Shown: positions 40,896 to 54,057, counted from the first letter of the stretch. The stretch: 64,000 bases of DNA from an uncultured Gemmatimonadales bacterium (GCA_963739455.1 CAVUAK010000001.1:2368001-2432000), one strand, 5' to 3'. The notes: generated by a model not told the origin, from the letters alone. A program made the numbers and translations.

Positions 40896-41192
40896 TCAAG
40901 CAACTCTGGCAGTCCTGGTGGTGAAGGTCACCTTGACCCCGGCATGCCCGAGCATGGTTACCAGGCTATCGATGCTGAAGCGGTCGATCTTGCCTCGGCG
41001 AAGATCGCTGACGCGCGGTTGCGAGACGCCTAGCAGCTTGGCGGCCTGGACCTGGGTCAGGCCCCGCGCCTCCAGCGCCTTGCTCAGCGCAATCATGAGT
41101 TCGGCGCGGACCCGGAGATGCTCGGCTTCCTCAGGCTCGAAGCCCAGGTCAGCAAAGACGTTGCCGGTCGACCGGCGGAGTTTAGTAACCAT
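40896..41192 (-). CDS. XRE/HigA-type antitoxin (HTH_37-like)
   Basis: GGAGG RBS; STGNVFADLG, LTQ..AAKLLGVSQPRVSDL.RGKIDRFSID.L. Confidence 0.88.
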   Translation of the reverse strand: MVTKLRRSTGNVFADLGFEPEEAEHLRVRAELMIALSKALEARGLTQVQAAKLLGVSQPRVSDLRRGKIDRFSIDSLVTMLGHAGVKVTFTTRTARVA

Positions 41193-41486
41193 GCTTTCCT
41201 CCCTTAGCGCCGTCGCCAGGCGCCGCTGCAGAATTTCCGCGAGGCGCTTCCGCGCGACCTCGATATCGACCATCCGGGACTTGCGCGTCCGCTTCTCAAA
41301 GGCGTGGAGGACATAGATGCCCTCCTCGAATTTGGCGATGTAGAAGACCCGGTGCTCGGCTCCAGTGTGCAGTCGGATCTCCAGGACGCCCGTGCCCACA
41401 CTCGTCATGGGCTTCCAGTCATCAGGCATAAGGGCCCGGAGATCATCGAGGGCGGCGCCGACCCACAGCAGCGGCTTATCAGGCAT
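41193..41486 (-). pseudogene. RelE/Gp49 (HigB-like) toxin with apparent internal deletion, reading in frame into the antitoxin
   Basis: KPLLWVG..LDDLRA, DWKPM..VG.GV.EIR, RVFYIAKF...YVLHAFEK; no stop before the antitoxin ATG. Confidence 0.7.
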
Positions 41487-41488
41487 TG

Positions 41489-41520
41489 GCAAATATATAA
41501 GTAGGTATATATTGCTGCAA
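41489..41520 (-). promoter_or_regulatory. TA promoter with overlapping palindromic operator; leaderless start
   Basis: TTGCAG-N17-TATATT-5 nt-ATG; ATATATA-N6-TATATAT inverted repeat. Confidence 0.75.
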
Positions 41521-41600
41521 GAGTTGCCGAGTACGCACAGCCAGGCGCCTGGGTTAGGTCGTGATGGCCAGCTGACAGTCCCGGAAAGGACGCGTAAACA

Positions 41601-43436
41601 CTGCGAGCTTCGTTCTGGAACCTTGTTCTCGGGCTTGTTGCAGCCTCACCAGTCCACGCGCAGCGGCCACTCAACCTTGGTTTCGAGCAACCCAGCAGTG
41701 CCGAGCCCGCCCGCCCGTGGGGATGGAGCCTCGGCTGGTCGGCATTCGGCGGCGGTTCTTCCGCTACGATTTCCCTCGACAGCGTTGTAAGGCACGGCGG
41801 GCGACGGAGCCTTCGGTTGTCGCAAGGCGACTCTGCGCCCTCGACACAGCCGCAGACGATCATGCTGCAGATCCCTGCCGATTCGTTCCGGGGGCGGGAA
41901 GTTGCGCTGACAGGGTGGATGCGCGCGGACCGTCTACGCGGCAAGGCGTGGCTCGCCCTCGAGGCGTGGAAGAACCAGGACTACGCTGCAGCTGATACCG
42001 CATTCGTTGCAAGCGACGGCCCTCCGCAGTGGCACCGATACCAACTCCATATCACCGTTCCAAAAGACCCGACGATTCACTCGATCGTCATCAGCGCAGT
42101 GCTGGAGGGTTCCGGCACGGTGTGGTTCGATGACCTTCAGTTGAGCGTGGACGGGACGCGTCTCGTCGCCCATCCGCCCGTCGCCGCTCCGCCCACCAAG
42201 GTGGATCTCGCCTGGCTGGCCCAGCATTCTGTCCCACTCATGCCGATCAGCGACTCGATCACTGCCGCGTTCAGACGGTTCTCCGAGATCGTGGGCCCCG
42301 CCCGCGTCGTCGGCCTCGGCGAGTCGACACACGGAACCGGGGAGTTCTTCCAGCTCAAGGCGCGCTTGCTCGAGTATCTCGTACGGGTCGAGGGATTCCG
42401 GGTGTTCGCGATCGAGGCGAACCAGCTCGCCACGGAGCGGGTGAACCGGTACGTGGAGGGCGGGGCAGGAACGGCGCCTGACGTGATGAAGGTGATGTTC
42501 CGGGTGTGGAACACGGAGGAGATGGAGCAGCTGGTGGAGTGGATCAGGAGCTTCAACACCGAGCATCCCGACAAGCGGGTACGCTTCGTGGGCTACGACA
42601 TGCAGGACCAGCGGACGCCGGCCGACACGCTGCGGGCTTTCCTGACGCGGGTGGAGCCGTCGTTCGTCGCCCGTTTCGATTCGCTTGCCGGTGAGTACCA
42701 GGCCCAGAAGTCGTATGCGACGCCGCAGATCGCGGACAGTACCAGGGCGAGGTGGTTCGACCAGGCCGCGACACTCTGGGACAGCGTGAGCGCGCGACGG
42801 ACGGGATGGCTCGACCGGGCCGCGAGCGCAGCGGACACAGTCGCCGTGGAATGGGCGGTGCAATCGGCCAACCTGTTTCGCCAGGCGGCGAAGTTCAACG
42901 TCACACTCAACTCACCAGAGCGGGACAGCCTGATGGCGGCCAACCTCGACTGGATGCTGCGGACGTTGGCGCCGGGCGAGCGGGCGGTGGTGTGGGCTCA
43001 TGACGTGCATGTGAGCCGAGGAGGCGACGCGGAGCTCAGCTTCAACGGCGGGGCGCAGATGGGGGCGTATCTCGCGCGGCTGTATGGCACCGGGTACCGG
43101 GCGTTCAGCTTCCTGACCTACGATGGGGCCTATACCGCGACACGGAGTTTCACCAACCACGAGATGGTGTCGGTGGCAGCCACGCCCGCGCCGTCGGGCA
43201 CCCTCGAGGCGGCGCTGAATGCGCTGCCGAGGCCGGCGTCAAGTATCGGATGGCTGGCAGACCTTCGCACGGCGCGGACGGACCCGGGTGGCCAATGGCT
43301 GAACAGGCCACGACCTATTCGCCACGTCGGCTACGCTGCGTACGACTATGGCTTCGAGATCAGTGTCGTGGTTCCGCTCGAGTTCGATGGGGTCTTCTTC
43401 GTGGACCACACCACGCCGTCGCGGCTCCTGCCGTAG
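41601..43436 (+). CDS. Secreted erythromycin-esterase-family protein with N-terminal beta-sandwich
   Basis: Frame open from CTG at 41601 (AAAGGA RBS, signal ..VHA-Q). GLGESTHGTGEF, AIEA, GYDMQ, RD..MA.N, WAHD.HV, FDG.FF. Confidence 0.85.
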   Translation: MRASFWNLVLGLVAASPVHAQRPLNLGFEQPSSAEPARPWGWSLGWSAFGGGSSATISLDSVVRHGGRRSLRLSQGDSAPSTQPQTIMLQIPADSFRGREVALTGWMRADRLRGKAWLALEAWKNQDYAAADTAFVASDGPPQWHRYQLHITVPKDPTIHSIVISAVLEGSGTVWFDDLQLSVDGTRLVAHPPVAAPPTKVDLAWLAQHSVPLMPISDSITAAFRRFSEIVGPARVVGLGESTHGTGEFFQLKARLLEYLVRVEGFRVFAIEANQLATERVNRYVEGGAGTAPDVMKVMFRVWNTEEMEQLVEWIRSFNTEHPDKRVRFVGYDMQDQRTPADTLRAFLTRVEPSFVARFDSLAGEYQAQKSYATPQIADSTRARWFDQAATLWDSVSARRTGWLDRAASAADTVAVEWAVQSANLFRQAAKFNVTLNSPERDSLMAANLDWMLRTLAPGERAVVWAHDVHVSRGGDAELSFNGGAQMGAYLARLYGTGYRAFSFLTYDGAYTATRSFTNHEMVSVAATPAPSGTLEAALNALPRPASSIGWLADLRTARTDPGGQWLNRPRPIRHVGYAAYDYGFEISVVVPLEFDGVFFVDHTTPSRLLP

Positions 43437-43618
43437 CGCGCATCAGCTGCTGGCCAGATTGTCCCTGCGGGACACTCTGTCTGTGGCGATTGGGACCAGC
43501 GGGCGCTCGCCCACCGCGAATGTGCGGCGGCATACGACGCTGGCGTCCGTTTTCGCAGCATCCACACCACGGCATGACGCGTGCATTGAATGGGGGTCCC
43601 GCGCCCGGAGCGCCCTCC

Positions 43619-45267
43619 ATGCCACAGGTTCGCGCCTCGCTTCGAAATCTCCCGCCGGTCGCTCGCACCGTCGCGCGCTGGACCGGCGAACTGGCGTCAC
43701 AGCTGCTTGCGATCGCGACCTTCGTCGCTGGAGCCATTCTCCTCCTGGCGGGTGCCACGCCACCGGTCGACGAGCGCATCGCGTGGCTGGACCGGGTTCT
43801 TCCGGCTGGCACCATCGACATCTCCCATTTCCTGGGGAGCCTGATCGGCACGGCGTTGTTGCTGGTGGCGCGCGGCCTTCAACGCCGGCTCGACGGGGCC
43901 TGGGTTGCCGCCTGCGGACTGCTGGCTGCCGCGAGCATCACGTCGGTGCTGCACGGCGAGCTCGGTGCGGCTGCGCTGGCCGCGCTGGTCCTCGCGCTGC
44001 TCGGCTCCAGCCGGCGTCACTTCCATCGTCGCTCGTCCCTCCTGCACGCCTCGTTCAGCCGGGGCTGGATCGTTGCCATTGCCGGGGTCGTCCTGGCGTC
44101 CACATGGCTGGGCTTCTTTGCCTATCGGCACGTGGAGTACGACAGCGATCTCTGGTGGCAGATCGCGCGGGACGCGGACGCGCCGAGATTCCTGCGGGCC
44201 ACCGTCGGCGTAGTGGTGATGCTGTTCATGGTGGCGTGCTGGCGCCTGGTGGGGCCCGCTCGTCGCCGGCCCCAGGTTTCCGCCCCTGATGACCTGGCGA
44301 CGGTGCGCCGCATCGTGGCCAATGCCACCCGACCAGATGCCAACCTGGCCTTCCTCGGCGACAAGTCATTCTTCTTCAACGCCGAGCGGACCGCCTTCGT
44401 GATGTATGCCATCCGCGGGCGTACCTGGGTCGTACTGGGCGACCCGGTCGGTCCGCGTGATGCCTGGCCGGCGCTACTGCACCGGTTCTGCAACGAAGTG
44501 GATCGGCACGACGGATGGCCGGTGTTCTATCGACTGACGCCGGACGGACTGCCGGCGTATCTCGACCTCGGGCTGGCGGTGCTGAAGATGGGGGAAGAAG
44601 CCTGCGTGGACCTGACGACATTCTCGCTGGCCGGAGGTGAGCGGGCCGGACTGCGCTACATCGTCAACCGTCTCAGCAAGCGGCAGGCGCGATTCGAGCT
44701 GCGTGCGCCTGGAGAAGCCCACGACCTGCTGCCCCGGCTGAGGGAGATCAGTGACGAGTGGCTGGAGGAACGCGACGCCGGCGAGAAGAGTTTCTCCATG
44801 GGTTCCTTTGATCCCGCGTACGTCAGCAACCTGCCGCTGGGGCTGGTATGGGAGGGCGATACGCTGATTGCGTTCGCGACTGTCTGGATCGCGCGCGCCA
44901 GCCGGACCATGACGGTGGACCTGATGCGGCATACGGTGGGAGCCCCGCGCGGCACGATGGAGTTCCTGTTCGTGAAGCTGATGGAAGCGGGCCAGCGGGA
45001 CGGCTTCGATCGTTTCTCCCTCGGCATGGTGCCATTGTCCGGCCTCGCGGCCAGGCCGTTCGCGGAGCGATGGCACCGCGTGGGACGCCTCGTGTACCGG
45101 CTGGGCGAACGGTTCTACAATTTTCGCGGCCTCAGGGAATTCAAGGACCGGTTTCACCCCGAATGGCAGCCGCGATACATCGCAGTACCGAGACGGGTAG
45201 TGATGCCCCTCGTGATCAATGACCTCACGGCGCTGATCGGCGCGGGTCCAAAGCGGGTGGAGGCAAC

Positions 45268-45271
<4 letters not shown>
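43619..45271 (+). CDS. mprF: MprF-like aminoacyl-phosphatidylglycerol synthase, N-terminally shortened
   Basis: SHFLGSLIG, APRFLRA, GDKSFFF, LGDPVG, KMGEEA, EKSFSMG.FD, DLMR, FYNFRGLREFK..F.P.W.PRY. Confidence 0.85.
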
Positions 45272-48009
<2,738 letters not shown>

Positions 48010-48014
48010 GCGCC

Positions 48015-48896
48015 TCAGGCCACCCGTGCCTGCACGTCGAGATACTCGCTGGCGACCGCGGTGGTGCCATCAGTGGCCAGGTTGTGCTGCTGGAAGAGCC
48101 GAGTGAGCTCGCTACGCAACTTGCGCGCGCCCAGGGCGTCCGTTGCCTTGATTGTCGCCACCGAGGGCCCGTAGCTGGTGGCAAACAGCTCGGCCACATC
48201 CGCTGGATCCAGGTCAAAGCGAAGCTCGATCATGCGCCGGGTGAAGGTGATGGCGGTGACGCCGTCGCCGAAGCGCTCGCGCACCGTGTCTTCCTTGCCC
48301 CATGCCAGGGAACTGGGAACGCCCTGAGGAGGAGGCACGATGGCGACGTGCGCGCGAAGCATCTCGCCCACGAATCCCTCGGGAGTCCAGTTCGCCATTG
48401 CGATTCGGCCACCGGGGCGCGTCACCCGCATCAGTTCGGCCGCAGCTCGGTCGGGCCGATAGGCGAACATCGCACCGAACATGGTGACGGTGTTGTCGAA
48501 CTGCCCGCTGGCGTAGGGGAGGGCCTCTGCGTCGCCCACGTCGAAGTCCACGATGCAGCCGGCGGCGCGGGCCTCGCGGCGGGCATCCTCGATGAGGTTG
48601 GGGGCGATGTCCACACCGGTGACGCGCGCGCCAGCGAGCGCGGCGGGGATGGCGAGGTTGCCGGTGCCGCAGGCGACGTCGAGCAGCGAGTCACCGGCAC
48701 GCAGCTTCAGTCGCGCAACGAACTCGGCGGCACCCGGGGCGAAGCTGCGCGCGATCGGGAGGAAGTCGCCACCAGTCCAGACAGCGATGGCGCGGGCGGT
48801 GAGGGGATCGAGCGACTTCGCGCGCACGTCACCCACCACGCCGAATTCGCCAGTGCAGGGAAAGCTGTCGGTGTTCATCGGTAGTTCCTCCGTCAT
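48015..48896 (-). CDS. Class I SAM-dependent methyltransferase (start 48896 or 48878)
   Basis: LDVACGTGN, GVDIA, GDAEALPY, FGAMFA, RPGGRI..ANWTPEG. Confidence 0.9.
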   Translation of the reverse strand: MTEELPMNTDSFPCTGEFGVVGDVRAKSLDPLTARAIAVWTGGDFLPIARSFAPGAAEFVARLKLRAGDSLLDVACGTGNLAIPAALAGARVTGVDIAPNLIEDARREARAAGCIVDFDVGDAEALPYASGQFDNTVTMFGAMFAYRPDRAAAELMRVTRPGGRIAMANWTPEGFVGEMLRAHVAIVPPPQGVPSSLAWGKEDTVRERFGDGVTAITFTRRMIELRFDLDPADVAELFATSYGPSVATIKATDALGARKLRSELTRLFQQHNLATDGTTAVASEYLDVQARVA

Positions 48897-48958
48897 CGGT
48901 TCCTGTCGCGTCGTGGTGACGCGCGAATCCAATGTGCGAAGGGAGCTACGGCGGGCCA

Positions 48959-48993
48959 ATGACTGATCGTCCCGACTTCCTGTGCGAGCGTCT
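48959..48993 (-). promoter_or_regulatory. Putative AraC operator B, upstream of the methyltransferase
   Basis: AGACG-N6-CAGGAAGT-N-GGGACG-N4-GTCAT. Confidence 0.7.
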
Positions 48994-49950
48994 TATGATC
49001 GAGCGGGGCGACGTGCCTCGCGCCAGCCGCCGGGGGCGAGCCCGGTGGCCTTCTTGAACGCCCGGCTGAATGCGGCCTCGGAGTCGTATCCCACTTCCGC
49101 GCCGATGGTCGCGACCTTGGCGCCACCCTGCGCCAGGAGATTGGCGGCCACCTGCATGCGCCACTGGGTGAGGTACTGCATGGGCGGCTGGCCCACGAGG
49201 TCGGTGAAGCGCCTGGCAAGATTGGAGCGGGACGACGCCGACTCCTGCGCCAGCTCGGCGAGGGTCCAGGGATGCGCAGGCCGGGCGTGGAGCAGCGTCA
49301 GTGCGCGGCTTACCACTTCGTCACGGAGGCCGGCGAGCCAGCCGGTCTGTTCCGGCGGCAGGTCGTCTATATACCGGCGCAGCACCTCGATGAACATGAG
49401 CTCGGCCATGCGGGTGAGTACGGTATCGGCGCCGGGCCGGCCGAGGCGGCTCTCCTCGATGACCTGTCGGGGGAAGGTGCCGAGCCAGGCGTTGGACATG
49501 CCGCGGATATGGATCTGGCGTGGCAGCGCCGCAGAGCAGGGGATTGAAGGGGCGGAGGTCGCAGCCGAGGAAGCCGCAGACAAAGGAGGCACCGCGGGGC
49601 CCGGCGTCGCCGAGCATGACGGTGTGGGGGTAGCGGTCGGCGGCGGAGCTGTGGACGTCAGGGCCGATGCGGACGCCCCGGCCACTCGACACAAAGTGCG
49701 CATCGCCATGGGAGAAGACGATCACGTCGCCGGGGGCAAGCTCCACCTGTTCCTCGCCGATGAGCCCGGCGTAGCAGCGGCCCTCGATGAGGATGTGGTA
49801 GGCGATAAGGTGCTCTGCCGCTGGAAGGATGCGGGGCGAGAGCTCGCGCGCCGGCAAGGACTCGACGCTCCATGGATCAACGGCCTCGACGGCGTAGAAG
49901 TAGGCCCCGTCGAGGCGTACGACGCGCAGCAGGTCGGAGAGCGGGTCCAT
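48993..49950 (-). CDS. AraC-family regulator with Cupin_6 domain (RclR-like; indel ~49535)
   Basis: MDPLSDLL..VRL.G, PWTLAELA..SRS..ARRF..LVG.PPMQYLT.WRM, VGYDSEAAFSRAFKK. Confidence 0.9.
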
Positions 49951-49998
49951 TCCAAAGCATAGCGCCGGGTGCGGCGGCGCGGGAGTTCGGGCACCGGC

Positions 49999-50033
49999 AG
50001 ACGGCGGAGCAGGAAGTGGGGACGCACGGTCAT
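49999..50033 (+). promoter_or_regulatory. Putative AraC operator A, upstream of the DinB-family gene
   Basis: Same 35-bp pattern as operator B; TACGTT at 50056. Confidence 0.7.
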
Positions 50034-50120
50034 GGTACAACGATGCAGCATGCCGTACGTTGCTTGCGTAAGCCAGGTGACCGGATGGTCGTGTCGTTCA
50101 ACGAAGAAGGGAGTCGAGCA

Positions 50121-50603
50121 ATGGGACGTCGTGCTGAAGAACTGGCCGCCCGGATCGAGGCGGGGGCGGCGCTGCTGGGAGCGTACGCAGCGGAGCTGTC
50201 TGATTCGGAGTGGAATACCCGGGTGCGGGACGGGCGCACGGTTGGCGTCATCGTGCACCATGTCGCCACCATGTACCCGATCGAGATCGACGTGACGCGC
50301 GCGATTGCGGGCGGCAACGCGGTAGAGGGTGTCACGTGGGAGGCAGTGGCCGACATCAATGCGAAGCATGCGGCGGAGTTCGCGACCGTGAGCAAGGCGA
50401 CGGCGCTGGAGCTGCTGCGACGGAACAGCTCGGATGCGGCGGCGGCGGTGCGGAAGTTCAGTGATGTGGAGCTCGACACGGCGGCGCCATTCTCGCTCAG
50501 TTTCGATGCCCCGATGACGGCGCAGTTCGTGATCGAGGACCATGCGCTGCGTCATGCGTGGCATCACCTGGCGCGGATCAAGTCGGCGCTGGGACGCCAA
50601 TGA
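50121..50603 (+). CDS. DinB-family protein
   Basis: AAGGGAG RBS; DGRTVGVIVHH, EDHALRHAWHH His motifs. Confidence 0.78.
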   Translation: MGRRAEELAARIEAGAALLGAYAAELSDSEWNTRVRDGRTVGVIVHHVATMYPIEIDVTRAIAGGNAVEGVTWEAVADINAKHAAEFATVSKATALELLRRNSSDAAAAVRKFSDVELDTAAPFSLSFDAPMTAQFVIEDHALRHAWHHLARIKSALGRQ

Positions 50604-51904
50604 CCTGGCTCCAGCGGTACCGCATCACCTGGACGCTTCGATGGTCGCTCTGGCTCCTGCCGGTGATGGCCATCGTTGCGGCCATTGTCGCGGCGCCGGT
50701 CATCCGCTGGCTCGACCACAGGACCGGCTGGACGCTGTTCAACCTGACGCCGGAGGGCGCGCGCACCATCCTGGGCGCGCTCACCGCTTCGATGCTGACC
50801 TTCGTCGTCTTCGTGGTGTCGTCGCTGCTGATCGTGGTGCAACTGGCCAGTGCGCAGCTGACGCCGCGCGTGATCGCCAGGGTCTTTGCGGACGACCGCC
50901 TGAAGTGGGTGCTCAGCGCCTTCACCCTCGCCTACACGTACAGCATCGCCGCGGCGGGCCGGGTCGACGATGCCGTCCCCCAGCTGCCAGTCGCGCTGGC
51001 GATCGCGCTCTGCCTGGGGTGCATTGCGGTCTTCTTCTGGTTCGTGCAGTGGCTGGGCGAATCGCTGCGGCCGATTGCCATGCTCCAGAGCGTGGCAGAG
51101 GAAGGGCACGCGGTGGTGGCCGCCGTCTATCCCCAATTGTATGATCGCGCCGAGGAGCCACCGGGGCTGCCGCAATCGCCGGCCGGCGCCGTCTCCACCG
51201 TGGAGCATGCGGGCCGGTCCGGTGTGGTGCTTGCGTTCAGCCAGGATGGGCTGGTGGCGCTTGCCGAACGGGGCGACGCGGTGATCGAGGTGCTGCCACA
51301 GGTGGGTGATTTCGTGGCCCGCGGCGATCGACTCTTCAATGTTCGAGGAGGCAGGGTCGATGCCGAGAGCCTGCGGGACAGCATCGCCATCGGCCCGGAG
51401 CGCACCATGGAACAGGATCCGCGCTTCGCATTCCGGATCATGGTGGACATCGCCAACAAGGCATTGTCACCCGCCATCAACGATCCCACGACGGCCGTCC
51501 TGGCGCTGGACCAGATTCACAGCCTGCTGATGAATGTGGGCAAGCGGCGACTGGAGCCGGGGCGGGCCCACGATGCGCGGGGGCAACTGCGCCTGTACTT
51601 CGGGACGCCCGACTGGAGTGACTATGTCAGTCTCGCCGTCACGGAGATCCGGCAGTTCGGGGGTAGCAGCATGCAGGTGGTGCGACGGCTCCGCGCGATG
51701 ATCGAGCACCTGCTGCAGGTGCTGCCAGAGGGACGCCGGGCAGCGCTGGAGCGGGAACTGAGCCTGCTCCGACTCACCGTCGAACGGTCGTTCCCGGACG
51801 AACGCGACCAGGTCCAGGCGCAGATCGGCGACCTCCAGGGTATTGGCAGCTCGAACCAGGACGTGAAGACCCTCCGTTCCGCTTCAGCGGCGCCGCGCCT
51901 CTAG
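50600..51904 (+). CDS. DUF2254-family membrane protein
   Basis: QLASAQLTPR, ERTMEQD..F..R..VDIA.KALSPAINDPTTA. Confidence 0.88.
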   Translation: MTWLQRYRITWTLRWSLWLLPVMAIVAAIVAAPVIRWLDHRTGWTLFNLTPEGARTILGALTASMLTFVVFVVSSLLIVVQLASAQLTPRVIARVFADDRLKWVLSAFTLAYTYSIAAAGRVDDAVPQLPVALAIALCLGCIAVFFWFVQWLGESLRPIAMLQSVAEEGHAVVAAVYPQLYDRAEEPPGLPQSPAGAVSTVEHAGRSGVVLAFSQDGLVALAERGDAVIEVLPQVGDFVARGDRLFNVRGGRVDAESLRDSIAIGPERTMEQDPRFAFRIMVDIANKALSPAINDPTTAVLALDQIHSLLMNVGKRRLEPGRAHDARGQLRLYFGTPDWSDYVSLAVTEIRQFGGSSMQVVRRLRAMIEHLLQVLPEGRRAALERELSLLRLTVERSFPDERDQVQAQIGDLQGIGSSNQDVKTLRSASAAPRL

Positions 51905-51949
51905 GTCGTTTAGCCCATGCTGTTGTGCCGCGGTGCCGGTCGTTAACAT
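51901..51949 (+). promoter_or_regulatory. Palindromic box plus -10 (copy 4, more divergent)
   Basis: CTAGGTCGTTTAGCCCAT-N25-TAACAT. Confidence 0.5.
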
Positions 51950-51981
51950 GGCTGTTCCGAGGCCCCACTTCCGGAGCTCCC

Positions 51982-53904
51982 ATGGCTACCGTCCTTCGTC
52001 GCCTCGTCGGTGTTTTGCAGGCTACGCTGATTGCGCTCGCCCCGCTCGCTTGCGGAGGCGAGTCCGATCCCAATCCCAATCCGCACCCTCCTCCTTCATC
52101 ACCCGACTCTCCCGAGCCGCTGGTCGCGACCGGTCCTGCGCCGGACAGGGTGGTATACAGCAACAACAGGGTCTACTGGAGCGAAGGTGGTGACGCGGCG
52201 ATTCGGTCGGTGTCTGCATCGGGCGGGACGGCAACCTTGCTGGCCCAGCGGATCGGGTCGCCGAGCGCCGTCGCCTTCGCCGGCGAGGACATCATCTGGC
52301 TCGACGCCCAGACCGGGTTTTCGCCGTCGGGATGTGGCGTCATCCTGCTCCTGCGAAGGACTGCCGGCGGCGTCACCACGACACTGGAGACGCAGGACAA
52401 CTGCTGGGCGGAGGTGCCGCCGCTCGTGGTTGCGGGAGGAGACGCCTACTGGGTCAGTGCCACTGCCTCACAGAACCCGTACGTCATCCGCAAGACGTCG
52501 CTCGCGGGTGGTGCTTCCATCGCGCTCGTTACCAGCACACACCGGATCCCCGCCATGGTCGCAGACGGGGTCAATCTCTACTGGCTGGAGGATGAATTCC
52601 TGGTTCCCACGGCGGCCGTCCGTGCCGTACCGCTTGCCGGCGGCACGCCGGTGACACTCGCGAGCTTTTCGGATCGTGCCGGTACCTTCGCGATCAATGC
52701 CACATCGGTCATCTACTCCGAGGTGAATTCCCCCAGCTCAGACCGGCTCCGGATGGTACCGCTGGGCGGCGGTGATCCCATAGATATCGCGACGGTGCCG
52801 AACACACCACGCAAGATGGTGTCCGATGAGGCGCAGGTGTACTGGATCGACTTCGATGGCGTATGGTCGCTCCCCCTCGCTGGGGGGACGCCGACACTTC
52901 TCGCGCGCAGCACCAACACGCCGATCGATCTCATCGCGCGGGGGGACGACCTGATCTGGACGGAGACGACGGGCCCGGCGCACGGCGAGACCGGCACGGT
53001 GCGCCAGGTTCCGAAGGCCGGCGGGCCGACGCAGGTGCTGGTGCAGGGGGGCGACGCACCACGGCAGCTCGCGTCTCACCCATCCTGGCTGTACTGGACA
53101 GAAGGCGGACCAAATGGGGAGGTCGAGGGCTTCGGCCGAATTGCGCGGGTACCAACGAGCGGTGGTGCAGCGGAAACGGTCGTGAGTGGCGTCGTCACCC
53201 AAACGCCGTCGATTGCCGTCACGAACACTCACGTCTATATCGGTGATCGGTGGCGGATCAAGCGCGTGCCCATCCTCGGCGGAAAGGTGGAGACAGTGGC
53301 CGCCGGGAACGACGAGATTGCTTCCGTTGCGGTCGATGCGACATCGGTCTTCTGGGTGAGCAAGGGGCTCGGGAGAGTATTCAAGGCGCCGGCGGCGGGT
53401 GGCGCGGCGACGCTGCTCAGTGGCCTGGGTACGTCTATCGGGCCGGGTGGCCCGATCTCAATACAGGGCGGGCGGGTGTACTGGGCGAGCACCTACAGCA
53501 CGATCCAGTCGGTCCCCACGGCCGGGGGCACAGCGACCGTCGTGCGTGGGGACATACCCTTCATGAACGACCTTGTCGCGGATGAGGCGGCGCTGTACTG
53601 GTCGGAGAACGACACGGGGAACATCTGGCGCGTGGCCTTGAGCGGCGGCACGCCGACCCTGATGGCGAGTGCTCGCGCCGGGACGGAGCGCCGGCTTGCG
53701 GTAGACGGTGAGACGCTGGCATGGATAGATGGTGGAGCAGCGGTCGCGATGCCAAAGGGTGGTGGCGACCTCCTCACTCTGAAGTTTGGGATCAGCAACG
53801 ATCCCTACTTCGTGGGATCCATCGCACTCGGCCAAGGTGCCGCGTTCTGGACGGCGCCACCGACGCAGCAGATCGTGACGGTGTCGAAGACCCTGGGGCA
53901 GTAG
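51982..53904 (+). CDS. Lipoprotein with many beta-propeller repeats (DUF5050-like)
   Basis: LAPLAC lipobox; repeated D...VYW......I..VP..GG...L blades. Confidence 0.8.
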   Translation: MATVLRRLVGVLQATLIALAPLACGGESDPNPNPHPPPSSPDSPEPLVATGPAPDRVVYSNNRVYWSEGGDAAIRSVSASGGTATLLAQRIGSPSAVAFAGEDIIWLDAQTGFSPSGCGVILLLRRTAGGVTTTLETQDNCWAEVPPLVVAGGDAYWVSATASQNPYVIRKTSLAGGASIALVTSTHRIPAMVADGVNLYWLEDEFLVPTAAVRAVPLAGGTPVTLASFSDRAGTFAINATSVIYSEVNSPSSDRLRMVPLGGGDPIDIATVPNTPRKMVSDEAQVYWIDFDGVWSLPLAGGTPTLLARSTNTPIDLIARGDDLIWTETTGPAHGETGTVRQVPKAGGPTQVLVQGGDAPRQLASHPSWLYWTEGGPNGEVEGFGRIARVPTSGGAAETVVSGVVTQTPSIAVTNTHVYIGDRWRIKRVPILGGKVETVAAGNDEIASVAVDATSVFWVSKGLGRVFKAPAAGGAATLLSGLGTSIGPGGPISIQGGRVYWASTYSTIQSVPTAGGTATVVRGDIPFMNDLVADEAALYWSENDTGNIWRVALSGGTPTLMASARAGTERRLAVDGETLAWIDGGAAVAMPKGGGDLLTLKFGISNDPYFVGSIALGQGAAFWTAPPTQQIVTVSKTLGQ

Positions 53905-54018
53905 TCCCGACTGGCGTGTGCCATTGGCGTCAGCCGTCGGGCTCGTCACCCGAGTGATCCTGCCAAACTGACGTATTCCACAGGCACCGGGGTTGCACTC
54001 CGGGGCCTTCGAAGGCGC

Positions 54019-54046
54019 TTGACGGACAGGTGGGGCGCCTTATCTT
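54019..54046 (+). promoter_or_regulatory. Sigma70-like groESL promoter
   Basis: TTGACG-N16-TATCTT directly upstream of CIRCE. Confidence 0.6.
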
Positions 54047-54057
54047 ACGCCCCGAGC

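Noticed and set aside
41554..41571. Fifth copy of the palindromic promoter box (TTAGGTCGTGATGGCCAG)
   Set aside because: Spacing and right half deviate from the consensus.
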